Source of the DNA: Acidobacteriota bacterium
GTDB lineage: Bacteria > Acidobacteriota > Terriglobia > Bryobacterales > Bryobacteraceae
Length of the DNA: 64,000 bases
Assembly (NCBI GenBank): GCA_016201205.1
Contig: JACQDF010000049.1
Span: forward strand, 4,401-68,400
Direction: 5' to 3'
Of this stretch, positions 9,927-19,256 are shown in pieces (within the stretch, counting starts at the first letter, position 1; each line of letters opens with the position of its first letter). Made by a program: the position numbers and the translations under genes. Under the pieces are notes generated by a model, which saw nothing but the letters and a program-made list of their open reading frames with translations, was not told the origin of the DNA and searched no databases.

Positions 9927-10141
9927 GCCGGAAGCAACTCCGGCGTCTTCTCGTGTATGAGATACACGCGGTCTTAGTCTAACACCGGCCGGCGCCAGCA
10001 GTTGCTTCCCGGAAACCCGTACCCGTCCTGCTACGTCAGTTCGTTTTGAGGAACACGCGCAAAACGGACCGCGCTCGCGGGAGGGACACTCCGGTGTTCC
10101 TCAACGGCTTGGCGCCGCGGGGCGCCGCCTTTGCGCTACAA

Positions 10142-10765
10142 ATGAGCGCAGCGGCCCTCCTCGTGATGACGCTCTCCAGCGTCCTTCCCGCTCAACAGGA
10201 TTACCGAAAGCACAACGTCAATCTCGGCGTCGGAGCAGGCCTTCCACAGGCAGACCTGAGCCGGTTCTTTGACCCTAAATTCGGCCTGGACATCGCGTAC
10301 GGCTACCGCTTTCATCGGAACTTCCAGGCGGATTTCGGTTTCGACACGGTGTTTGGCGCCGCCAACGTGAAGTACTTCCTGCCCACGCAGGTTGGCTACC
10401 TGAAGGTGCAGGATTATCAGTACTTTATCCCGATGGGTGGGCGAGTTATTCTGCCTTTGGCGTCCGGCCGGCTGATGTTGTTCGGCGGAGGAGGCGGAGC
10501 TCACATGCGCTATTCCGAGCACCTCAGCCAGCCCGATTCCTACTACCGCGTGGCATGCCCCACCTGCTCCTCCCGCAGTGGCTGGGGCTACTACGCCACA
10601 GCGGGCTTTACCCTCTTCGTCGATCGCTACCGGCATTTCCGGCTGGGATTCGCACCCAAGGTCTACCGCGGAAACACCGAGGGACAGCCGGTGGGCGCGG
10701 TCCCGGGCATCCGGACCAGAGACCACTGGATTCTTTCACTGGCCGAATTCGGCATCAGCTTCTGA
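10142..10765 (+). CDS. Outer-membrane beta-barrel protein (small OMP family)
   Basis: An internal ATG at 10142 gives the signal peptide MSAAALLVMTLSSVLPAQQ. The sequence has alternating amphipathic strands and a C-terminal aromatic residue (..EFGISF). The track ORF starts at 10046. Confidence 0.55.
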   Translation: MSAAALLVMTLSSVLPAQQDYRKHNVNLGVGAGLPQADLSRFFDPKFGLDIAYGYRFHRNFQADFGFDTVFGAANVKYFLPTQVGYLKVQDYQYFIPMGGRVILPLASGRLMLFGGGGGAHMRYSEHLSQPDSYYRVACPTCSSRSGWGYYATAGFTLFVDRYRHFRLGFAPKVYRGNTEGQPVGAVPGIRTRDHWILSLAEFGISF

Positions 10766-12998
10766 TTTCGTTCAGTGCTTCTTCGATTTCTTCCCAGGTG
10801 GCGTTTTGCGTGCACACCCAGTCGCCCGGCACAATCCGGCCGCTTCGGGCACACTCGATGACGCGACGGACCACGTCGCGGTCCGCTCGAGCTTCCAGGA
10901 ACTCGACCAGACGCCGGACATGAGACCGGAAAGCGCCTGTCTTCAGGCTGTGGCTCTCCTGGAGAAAAGCGAGGATTGCAAGCACCGTGGCCAGCACGCG
11001 ATCTTCCTCTTTGCGGCCCGGCATGCCGCCGTCGGCCTCAATGCGCGCAGCCAGTTCCAGGAGAAGGTCTTCTTCATTGGACTCGGACACCAGTCGTGCG
11101 GCAGGAGCATCCGGGTGCGCGAAGAGAGCCGCGCTGACACCCATGCACGCCGTCGCGTCCGCGTCGAGGCGGCGAGCGGCTGCGAAATAACCAGCAAAGG
11201 GTGTGTCCGCTGCCATGCCAACCGGCACAACCGATGTTTTCGGCACTTCGCCAGGCTGATCCCCGGCACGTGCAACCACCGCGACCAGCGACATTTCCCG
11301 GCTCGCCAGGCCGTATTCTTTGCTCAACTCTTTCAGCCGCTCCGCGATCCGGCTCTGCTCACGGCCCGTGTTGATCTGTCGGCTTTCCAAGTCCGTGATC
11401 ATCCGCGCGCCGCGCAGCAGCCGCACCATCTCTCCGATGCGCCGGCCGCAATCTCCGACCGGCAGGTCGAGAGAGCCGCCATCCCATTGAATTCGCAACT
11501 CGCCATCGGCTCCCTCGCCGGAGATCGCCAGCGGCGTGCCCGCAAAGACGCATGGGGGAGGGTCCGGCTGGATGTGGGCGCCTGTCACACGGATGCTCTC
11601 CGCAACGGGTTTTCCCAGGGATGCAAACAGATCCACAGCCGGCATATCAACCCTCTCCGTCGCCGTGACGAAGCGGCTTACGCCGCCGGTCTGCCGCGCC
11701 AGCAAAGCCAGGAAGCGATCCTGGCTGGCGCTGCCGATGCCCAGACAATGCAGGCGGACTCCAACAGCACGGGCGCGAGCCAGGATCTGCTCCGTGCCGT
11801 ACACTTGCCCATCGGTGAGGATGAACAGGTCGCTGCCCGTTCCGCCCAGGCCGGCGGCCTCTTCCACCGCGGGCGCCAGCTCCGTTCCGCCCCGCGCCTG
11901 CAGGCTCGCGAGGAATGCCCTGGCCGCGTCTCGGTTCTCGCGCGTGGCCGGCGACAACCTGGTCTGAAAGTGCTCGGTCTGGTCGCCGAACGCAACCAGA
12001 CCAAAGGAATCTTCGGCGCTCAAGGCGCCAAGGCAGGCCTCGATCGCCTTACGGGCCTGCTCCATGGGCAATCCTTGCATAGACCCTGAGCGGTCCAGCA
12101 CGAACACGACGCGCCGGGCGCCTTTGGGCTTTTCCCCAAAAGAGGTGGAAGGAACAATGGCGATGAAGTGTCGCTTCCCATCGAGACCTGTTCCGGCCAG
12201 CGCTTCCGGCCTGGCGTTGCAGTGCTGAACGTCGAGCACAAGGTCACGATTCGGAATATCGCGCTCGGCGGCCAGAAGCACGCGTACGCCGCCGGCATCC
12301 TGCACTTGAATGCGCACGCGATGCGACGGCGATCCGATCCCGTCGAAGCCGCCGGGCGAAGTCACTCGCAGATCGAAACCGACGGCGTGCAGGTTTGAGG
12401 AATCCTGCCGAAACTGCGGCAGCATGACATCGCCGAATTCATCTTCGGGCAGCTCGATCTCCCCGGCGCCCGGCGCGATCTCGAGCAGGCGCGCCCGCGG
12501 ATGATAACAGGGCGCCAGCGTGAAGGGGAAGCGAAGTCGGAAGCTGTCGTCGTGAAGCTCCACACCAGCCAGGATTTCCAGGCACACCGTCACCTTCTCC
12601 CGGGGACGGATATTGCCGACACTGAGATTCACGATCCCGTCGCCATGCTCGCGAGCCAGCGTCGACAACGATCCATCGCGAATGCCTCGCTCGTATTCCT
12701 CGACTGCTTCCCGGGTCGGACGCAGTTCCGAATGCGCGGTGAATCCCTCGCCTCGAATGACAAAACGGCGCAAGGCGGCGTCCCTCGGCAGGCCGAACGC
12801 ATAAACCGCCTCCATGGGCTTCTTTTCCTTGGACTGAAAAACGTGGTGCACCATCAGCCGGGCGCCCACCGGCAGGACGTGGCCGGTCAGCCACAGCCTC
12901 TGCATCGCAAGCTCGAGTTCCTCTCCTGTTTCGACCGCAACCGGCGCAAATCCCCGAACACTACTTGTTTCTGTCGCCATCTGGACTCCTTGTCTCAA
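10755..12998 (-). CDS. Cytoplasmic VIT domain + von Willebrand factor A (vWA) domain protein with an all-helical C-terminal region
   Basis: 747-aa ORF with a VIT-like N-terminus (LWLTGHVLPVGARLMVHHVF...EAVYAFGLPRDAALRRF) and the MIDAS motif VFVLDRSGSM. There is no signal peptide. The likely start is 12980 (MATETSS). Confidence 0.8.
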   Translation of the reverse strand: MRQGVQMATETSSVRGFAPVAVETGEELELAMQRLWLTGHVLPVGARLMVHHVFQSKEKKPMEAVYAFGLPRDAALRRFVIRGEGFTAHSELRPTREAVEEYERGIRDGSLSTLAREHGDGIVNLSVGNIRPREKVTVCLEILAGVELHDDSFRLRFPFTLAPCYHPRARLLEIAPGAGEIELPEDEFGDVMLPQFRQDSSNLHAVGFDLRVTSPGGFDGIGSPSHRVRIQVQDAGGVRVLLAAERDIPNRDLVLDVQHCNARPEALAGTGLDGKRHFIAIVPSTSFGEKPKGARRVVFVLDRSGSMQGLPMEQARKAIEACLGALSAEDSFGLVAFGDQTEHFQTRLSPATRENRDAARAFLASLQARGGTELAPAVEEAAGLGGTGSDLFILTDGQVYGTEQILARARAVGVRLHCLGIGSASQDRFLALLARQTGGVSRFVTATERVDMPAVDLFASLGKPVAESIRVTGAHIQPDPPPCVFAGTPLAISGEGADGELRIQWDGGSLDLPVGDCGRRIGEMVRLLRGARMITDLESRQINTGREQSRIAERLKELSKEYGLASREMSLVAVVARAGDQPGEVPKTSVVPVGMAADTPFAGYFAAARRLDADATACMGVSAALFAHPDAPAARLVSESNEEDLLLELAARIEADGGMPGRKEEDRVLATVLAILAFLQESHSLKTGAFRSHVRRLVEFLEARADRDVVRRVIECARSGRIVPGDWVCTQNATWEEIEEALNEIRS

Positions 12999-13380
12999 CG
13001 TCTGTGTTACTCAATCTTCCGGCCAACTCGGATAGAGCGGCCCGGATCTGCCGGATGCGCCAAGGGCTGGCGCCATCCCGAACCATCACCCGCACGTCTT
13101 CGCTCAGCGAGTATTGCAGCCAGGCTTCCGGCTGCGCCAGCCTCTGACCCTCCGGCGCCGGACGGAGTTTGACTGCGATCTCGGCGAGCATCGCCCCCTG
13201 GCTCTGCTGCTCGCGAATCCACTCGATGCGCCGCAGGTGCGCCGTGGTGTAGTAGGCGCCGCGTCCCGCCCGGGCAGGTCCATCCAGCAGACCACGAGCA
13301 ATGTAGAACCGGATGGTGCGCGCCGGCACTCCGGAACGCGCCTCCAACTCGGAGAGCGAAAACTGTGATTCGCCATCCAT
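12961..13380 (-). CDS. MerR-family transcriptional regulator
   Basis: 139-aa ORF with the HTH LSELEARSGVPARTIRFYIARGLL...YTTAHLRRIEWIREQQSQGAMLAEI. Its 3' end overlaps the start of the VIT-vWA gene. Confidence 0.8.
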   Translation of the reverse strand: MDGESQFSLSELEARSGVPARTIRFYIARGLLDGPARAGRGAYYTTAHLRRIEWIREQQSQGAMLAEIAVKLRPAPEGQRLAQPEAWLQYSLSEDVRVMVRDGASPWRIRQIRAALSELAGRLSNTDVETRSPDGDRNK

Positions 13381-13405
13381 CCAGTTCCAGAATGCGCCGT
13401 AAATT

Positions 13406-13426
13406 AGACAGTGTCAAGTACTGTCT
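13406..13426. promoter_or_regulatory. Candidate operator: 7-bp inverted repeat AGACAGT-N7-ACTGTCT upstream of the MerR gene
   Basis: Read directly from the sequence, 26 nt upstream of the MerR start (13380), in the MerR/ORF6N divergent intergenic region. Confidence 0.3.
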
Positions 13427-13504
13427 GGATGTTTTTCTGCCCCTCCGCCAAGATTCCGGGCGATTTTCAGTCGCCTGCGCGCACTAACTTACGAGAGGAA
13501 CCAT

Positions 13505-14149
13505 ATGCCGGCTACTGCTGCCGCCCTGAGCAAGAAAACGACGACGCTGCCCGTCGAGGCAATTCAGAAACGCATTTTCCTGGTTCGCGGGCAAAAGGTC
13601 ATGCTCGATAGCGACCTCGCCGAGCTCTATGGAGTTACGACGGGGAACCTGAACTTGGCCGTGAGACGCAATCCGAGGCGGTTTCCGCCAGACTTCATGT
13701 TCCGGTTGACACAGGAGGAAGCGCGTTTGATCTTGCAATTTGCAATATCAATCGTGGCCGAAAAACAGAGCCGGGGCGGGCGCCGCCATCTGCCGTTCGT
13801 CTTTACCGAGCAGGGAGTCGCGATGCTGTCGTCGGTGCTCAACAGCGACCGCGCCATCCAGGTGAACATCACCATCATGCGAGCGTTTGTGCAATCGCGC
13901 GCCATGGCGCCCACCCAGGAAGACCTCTCGCGGCGGATCGCGGAGATTGAGCTGGCGCAAAGAGGGCAAGGCGTCGAGATTGAAGCGATCTTCCAGGTAA
14001 TCGATGAGATCAAACGAGCGCCCGGGCCGGAAAGACGCTTCGGGTTCCGATCGGAGCAGCCGGCGAGTGCACCACCTGCTCCTTCTCCGGCTTCGCACGC
14101 AACCCGGGAATCGCCGGCGCCCACTCGCAGGAAAAACCGAGCGAGATAA
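13505..14149 (+). CDS. ORF6N/KilA-N-type DNA-binding domain protein
   Basis: 214-aa ORF containing IFLVRGQKVMLDSDLAELYGV...NLNLAVRRNPRRFPPDFMFRLTQEE...HLPFVFTEQGVAMLSSVLNSDRAIQVNI. The tail is P/A/S-rich. One 60-nt line (13681-13740) gave 30/60 G+C. Confidence 0.75.
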   Translation: MPATAAALSKKTTTLPVEAIQKRIFLVRGQKVMLDSDLAELYGVTTGNLNLAVRRNPRRFPPDFMFRLTQEEARLILQFAISIVAEKQSRGGRRHLPFVFTEQGVAMLSSVLNSDRAIQVNITIMRAFVQSRAMAPTQEDLSRRIAEIELAQRGQGVEIEAIFQVIDEIKRAPGPERRFGFRSEQPASAPPAPSPASHATRESPAPTRRKNRAR

Positions 14150-14228
14150 ACCGCGCCGGCCCGGGCCCGCGACATCGGAGTTCTTCGGATTCCCCATTCC
14201 CGTTGAATTCTGATAGCATCTTGAGACT

Positions 14229-15353
14229 ATGCTTATCGTCGCTGCGGTTCTGGCGATCTTCGTCTACGGAATGATCGCCGCCATGCTCGGCACCATCCTG
14301 CCGGATCTCTCCAAAAGGTTTCATCTCACCCCGAAACAGAACGGAAACATCGCCATGGCTCAGGCCATCGGTCTGATGATCGGATCCTTCTTTGGCGGGC
14401 CGCTGATGGATATCGAAGGCACCAAGACCGGGCTCCTGCTGGGGCTGGGGCTGATCGCCTTGGCTCTGTTCGGCCTCCGAGCCGCCGGCGGTTATGGCGC
14501 CGTCGCCGCCCTGATGGTGCTGCTGGGCACGGGCGGCGGAGCGGTGGTGGTGGGCGCAAACGGGTTGCCTCCGCACATCAAGCTGGAGGGGCTCTCCACG
14601 GCCGGCGTATTCAACGTGCTGAATCTGTTTTTCGGCCTCGGCGGGCTGGTGACCCCGCTGGTGGCTGCAAGGTTGTTCCAGAACAATTCGAGCAGGCTGC
14701 TCATCTTCGCCGGTTCTCTCGTGCTGGCCGGATTCGCGGTGAATGCGTCCACTCAAATGCCCGCTGCCAGCGGCCAGGTTGCCTTTGATCCTTCCCAAGT
14801 CGGATCGCTCCTGGCGGCCCCTGCGCTCATCCTGCTTGCGCTTACTCTCTTCGTCTACGTTGCCTCGGAAGTCGGAGTATGGAACTGGCTGGTGCGGCAC
14901 CTGATTGCGCAAGGCGTGCCGGAAGGCAGGGCGCTCACGATTCTCTCTTTGGGTTTTGCTCTGGGCTTGCTGCTGGGCCGGGTCGCCGTCTCTCCCATTC
15001 TCACCGGCGTCTCTCCGGAACATGTGCTGGTGGCTTCCGGCGCGCTGATGGCGGTCACGACGTTCCTGATGCTGCAAAGCAGCAGCCCGACGACTGCGTG
15101 GGTCCTTGTGTTCCTGGCGGGCATCGCCATGGCGCCGGTTTTCCCCACGACGCTTGCCATTGTCAGCGCTCGCTTCACGAACATGGCGGCGACCGCGACC
15201 GGAATCGCCGTGACTGCAGGCTGGCTCGGACTGGTGATAAGTTCGCCCCTCATCGGAGGCATCGCCGGCGACGATCCCGGACGCCTCAAGAAGGCTTTAC
15301 TGGTGCTGCCGGCGGCCTCGATCCTGATGATGGCCGTCTGCCTCGGCCTGTAG
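14229..15353 (+). CDS. MFS transporter
   Basis: 374-aa polytopic hydrophobic ORF with MFS-like loop spacing. Confidence 0.75.
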   Translation: MLIVAAVLAIFVYGMIAAMLGTILPDLSKRFHLTPKQNGNIAMAQAIGLMIGSFFGGPLMDIEGTKTGLLLGLGLIALALFGLRAAGGYGAVAALMVLLGTGGGAVVVGANGLPPHIKLEGLSTAGVFNVLNLFFGLGGLVTPLVAARLFQNNSSRLLIFAGSLVLAGFAVNASTQMPAASGQVAFDPSQVGSLLAAPALILLALTLFVYVASEVGVWNWLVRHLIAQGVPEGRALTILSLGFALGLLLGRVAVSPILTGVSPEHVLVASGALMAVTTFLMLQSSSPTTAWVLVFLAGIAMAPVFPTTLAIVSARFTNMAATATGIAVTAGWLGLVISSPLIGGIAGDDPGRLKKALLVLPAASILMMAVCLGL

Positions 15354-15360
15354 TGGTGCG

Positions 15361-16818
15361 ATGAACCGCCGCGCGTTCCTGAAGACTGTCGCCGGCTCGC
15401 TGGCGGCAAGCGCGTCGCTCCACGGCGGGCAGCGGCCCAATGTCCTGTTTGTTTCCGTCGACGACATGAATGACTGGGTGGGCTGCCTCGGCTACCAGGG
15501 TGTGCGGACACCGAACATTGACCGGCTGGCGCGGCGTGGAGTCTTGTTCAGCAATGCTCACTGCGCTGCGCCGCTGTGCAATCCGTCGCGCACCGCGCTG
15601 CTGACGGGCATGCGACCATCCACCACCGGCGTCTACAACAACGAGCAGTGGTGGCGGCCGGCGCTGCCCGGCGCGGTCACCTTGCCGATGCACTTCAAAC
15701 AGAATGGCTATCACGTGGCCGGCGCCGGGAAAGTGTTCCACCACGTGGCCGGATTCAACCCACCCGATCAGTGGCATGAGTTCCAACTCCAGATTTTCGA
15801 TGACCCATGGTACCGGCGCGTCGAGTGGTATCCATGGGTGAAGAAGATTCCGGCGCCGCCGGGCCATCCCTTCAACGGCCTGGAGAACTTCCCGGGCGAG
15901 TTTGACTGGGGCGTGCTCGACAAGCCCGAAGCCGAATATGGCGACGCCAAGGCGGTCGACTGGGCGAGCGGGTTTCTCGAGCGCCGGCACAAGCAGCCGT
16001 TCTTTCTGGCGGTCGGGCTGTGGCATCCGCACATTCCGATGTTCGCGCCCAAGTCCTACTTTGATCTGTACCCGGAAGTGCGCATGCCGGTGGCGCCGGA
16101 AGACGATCTCAACGACATCCCAAGAGTGGGCCAGGAGCTTGCCGCTTTCCGGCGGGAAGAACACAGGCGCATCGTCGCCGAGGGGAAATGGAAAGAGGCT
16201 GTGAGGGCGTATCTGGCCTCGATCAGCTTCGCCGATGCTCTGCTGGGACGAATGCTTGCCGCACTCGATCGGAGCGCTTATGCCCGCAACACAATCGTCG
16301 TTTTCTGGTCGGACAACGGCTGGCACCTGGGCGAGAAGCAACACTGGCACAAATCCACGCTGTGGGAGCGCTCGACCCACGTCCCACTGATCATCGCCGG
16401 CCCGGGCATACGGGCGCCAGGCGCGCCGCGCCGGCAGACTGTCAGCCTGCTCGACGTGTACCCGACGCTGTGTGAGCTGTGTGGACTCCCGATGCGCAAG
16501 GAGCTGGAAGGCGAAACGCTGTCGCCATTGTTGCGCGATCCGAAGGCGAGACATCGGCCCGTCATCTCTACCCATGAGCCTGGCAACCACGCCGCGCTCA
16601 CCGAGCGCTGGCGCTACATCCGTTACCACGACGGCGGGGAAGAGCTTTACGACCGTGTGAACGACCCGAACGAGTGGAAGAACCTGGCGGCCGATCCGCA
16701 GTATGAGTCGCTTAAGAAAGAGCTGGCACAGTGGATGCCCAAGAACAATGCCCGGCCAGTGCCGGAGCGCACCGCTTACGATTTTGACTTCGCCTCCCAC
16801 ACCTGGCGACGCAAGTGA
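15361..16818 (+). CDS. Sulfatase (formylglycine-dependent, Tat-exported)
   Basis: Contains MNRRAFLKTVAGSLAASA (Tat-like signal), VSVDDMNDW and the CxPxR motif CNPSRTALLTG. Confidence 0.9.
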   Translation: MNRRAFLKTVAGSLAASASLHGGQRPNVLFVSVDDMNDWVGCLGYQGVRTPNIDRLARRGVLFSNAHCAAPLCNPSRTALLTGMRPSTTGVYNNEQWWRPALPGAVTLPMHFKQNGYHVAGAGKVFHHVAGFNPPDQWHEFQLQIFDDPWYRRVEWYPWVKKIPAPPGHPFNGLENFPGEFDWGVLDKPEAEYGDAKAVDWASGFLERRHKQPFFLAVGLWHPHIPMFAPKSYFDLYPEVRMPVAPEDDLNDIPRVGQELAAFRREEHRRIVAEGKWKEAVRAYLASISFADALLGRMLAALDRSAYARNTIVVFWSDNGWHLGEKQHWHKSTLWERSTHVPLIIAGPGIRAPGAPRRQTVSLLDVYPTLCELCGLPMRKELEGETLSPLLRDPKARHRPVISTHEPGNHAALTERWRYIRYHDGGEELYDRVNDPNEWKNLAADPQYESLKKELAQWMPKNNARPVPERTAYDFDFASHTWRRK

Positions 16819-16835
16819 ATTGCAGCTTCCGGCGC

Positions 16836-19256
16836 CTATCCGTCCTCCAGCCAGTCCGGACGCCCCAATACTTCGCGCGGGCGGCTCCCATCGGGCGGGC
16901 CGATGATGCCCTCGTGGTGCATAATGTCGAGGATGCGCGCGGCTCGCCCATAGCCGAGGCGCAGCCGCCGCTGCAAGATCGACGTCGACGCCTTGCCCAT
17001 TTCGAGAACCACCCGCACCGCCTCCTCGTACGCCGGATCGCGCTCGCCGGATTCCTCGCCCTCCGACACTACCAGATCATCCTCCTCCGACGGTGGCGGC
17101 AGCAGGTAGCTCTGGTCGTAGTGCGGCAGCGCCTGGTCGCGCCAGTGCTCGACCACGCGGTTGATCTCGGTTTCGGTCACCAGCGCGCCATGCACGCGAG
17201 TAAGGCGGCTCGATGCCGGCGGCAGGTACAGCATGTCGCCTTTGCCCAGCAGGTGCTCGGCGCCCATCACATCGAGCACCGTGCGCGAGTCCACCCGTGT
17301 GGCCACGCGGAAGCTGATGCGCGAGGGGAAATTCGCTTTGATCAGGCCGGTGATCACATCCACGCTCGGACGCTGAGTCGCCAGCACCAGGTGCATGCCG
17401 ACCGCGCGAGCCATCTGCGCCAGCCGCGTCACTGAAGCCTCGACGTTGGCGCGCTCCAGCATCATCAAGTCCGCCAGTTCGTCGATGACGATCAGGATGT
17501 ACGGCAGCGGCCGCAGATCTTCCCGCTCTTCCCCCTCCTCTTCGTCTGCGAACAGGCTGCGCGGCTCGGCTTCCAGTTGCCGCATCTTGCGGTTGAACTG
17601 GTCGATATTGCGCACGCCTTGCGACGCCAGCAGCTTCAGCCGCCGCTCCATCTCGAGGACGGCGTTGCGCAGCGCATTGGTCGCCTGCTTGGCGTCGGTG
17701 ATCACCGGCGTCAGCAGGTGCGGAACACCCTCGTAGATTCCCATCTCGACGCGTTTTGGATCCACCAGGATCATGCGCGCCTCCTCGGGAGTTGACTTCA
17801 GGAGCACGCTCATGATCAGCGAGTTCAGCATGACGCTTTTACCCGATCCCGTCGAGCCCGCAATCAGCAGGTGCGGCATGGTCTCGAGCGCGGCTACTTT
17901 GATGCGGCCGTTGATGTCCTTGCCCAGGGAGATCGTCAGTCTCGACGGCGAATTCTGGAACTCCTCCGATTCCAGGATTTGACGCAGGCTGATCAGCTCA
18001 CGTCGCGAATTCGGCACCTCGATGCCCACCGTCGGTTTGCCCGGCAGCCGTTCGATAAAGATACTTTCGGCCTGCAAGCCGAGGCACAGATCGTCATTCA
18101 AGGTGACAATGCGGCTGTACTTGATGCCCGCCTCCGGCTTGAATTCGAAAGTGGTGACCACAGGCCCCGGGTTGATCTGCACCACCGAGCCCAGCACATT
18201 GAACTCTTCGAGCTTGGCCTTAATCCTGCCGGCAATCTCTTTGAGCTCGTCGCTGTCGTAGCCGCCCCGGGCGGTGGGCTCGTTCAGCAGCTCGGTGGAA
18301 GGCAACTGAAAGGCGGTCTTGCGCCGTGGCTCAGGTTTTACCTTTGCTTTCCGGGCGGTGTGCTCCGGGGTGCCCTGATCCGGCTGCGGTTCCATCTCCT
18401 CCAGCACCCGAATGGGGATTTCTTCCGCTGCCGGCGGAGGCTGCGGGATAGCAGGCTCCGCTTCCCAACGCGCCGGAGGGAAGGAGGATGGGGGAACCGT
18501 TTCCGGTTCCGCCGCGCGGGTGTCGGAAGCCCATGGGAGCTGCTCAGCACGCGGTTCGGATGCAGCCGGCGAAATCCGTTTCGCCTGCTCGCGGGCGGCC
18601 TTGGCGGCCGCTTTTTCCCGCTCTCTCTCTTCCTTCTGACGGCGGCGTGCCCCCCGCCGCAGCACGCGTTCCTGCCGCCAGCGCCGCCACCGCTCGCGCT
18701 GCGTCCCGGTCCAGCGGGCCGGGCCCTCGAACATGGCGGACGCCTTCGCCAGCGAGAAACTGGAAACCAAGTAGAGCGACACGAACAGGCACGTGCCGGT
18801 CAGCAGGGCCGCCCCGGTCGTGTTGAGCATCCCCACCAGGGAATCGGCCAGCAGCACGCCCACCATGCCGCCCGCAGGTAGTACTCCGGAGAAAGGACGG
18901 ACCAAGGGCAGCAGCGAGAGAGCCGTGCACAGGCCCAGCAGCAGCAGTGTGAAGCCCGAGGCTCGAACAAGCGGCAGCTCAATCGGCCGGGAGCGGATCC
19001 ATTTCAGCCCCAGCCCCGCCATCGCCGCCGGCAGCAGCCAGGCGGCCAGACCTAGCATCTGAAAGAGCAGATCCGAGGTATAGGAGCCAAACCTGCCAAT
19101 GAGGTTCTGCGCGCGCAGCGGCGTCGCCGTGTTCCAGGAGGGATCCAAAGGGTGGAAGGAGAAAAGACTCAGCCAGAGAACCAGCGCGCCGATGACGTAC
19201 ACGACACCGGCCGCCTCATTGAGCCGAGGGTGCCTCGTGGGTCCTAGTATGCTCAT
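16836..19256 (-). CDS. ftsK: DNA translocase FtsK
   Basis: An internal start at 19256 (MSILGPTRHP...) gives 4 N-terminal TM helices and a Pro/Glu/Arg-rich linker. Walker A is IAGSTGSGKS, and a gamma-domain follows (ILQRRLRLGYGRAARILD). The ATGA overlap with the uppP stop is at 19253-19256. Confidence 0.9.
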   Translation of the reverse strand: MSILGPTRHPRLNEAAGVVYVIGALVLWLSLFSFHPLDPSWNTATPLRAQNLIGRFGSYTSDLLFQMLGLAAWLLPAAMAGLGLKWIRSRPIELPLVRASGFTLLLLGLCTALSLLPLVRPFSGVLPAGGMVGVLLADSLVGMLNTTGAALLTGTCLFVSLYLVSSFSLAKASAMFEGPARWTGTQRERWRRWRQERVLRRGARRRQKEEREREKAAAKAAREQAKRISPAASEPRAEQLPWASDTRAAEPETVPPSSFPPARWEAEPAIPQPPPAAEEIPIRVLEEMEPQPDQGTPEHTARKAKVKPEPRRKTAFQLPSTELLNEPTARGGYDSDELKEIAGRIKAKLEEFNVLGSVVQINPGPVVTTFEFKPEAGIKYSRIVTLNDDLCLGLQAESIFIERLPGKPTVGIEVPNSRRELISLRQILESEEFQNSPSRLTISLGKDINGRIKVAALETMPHLLIAGSTGSGKSVMLNSLIMSVLLKSTPEEARMILVDPKRVEMGIYEGVPHLLTPVITDAKQATNALRNAVLEMERRLKLLASQGVRNIDQFNRKMRQLEAEPRSLFADEEEGEEREDLRPLPYILIVIDELADLMMLERANVEASVTRLAQMARAVGMHLVLATQRPSVDVITGLIKANFPSRISFRVATRVDSRTVLDVMGAEHLLGKGDMLYLPPASSRLTRVHGALVTETEINRVVEHWRDQALPHYDQSYLLPPPSEEDDLVVSEGEESGERDPAYEEAVRVVLEMGKASTSILQRRLRLGYGRAARILDIMHHEGIIGPPDGSRPREVLGRPDWLEDG

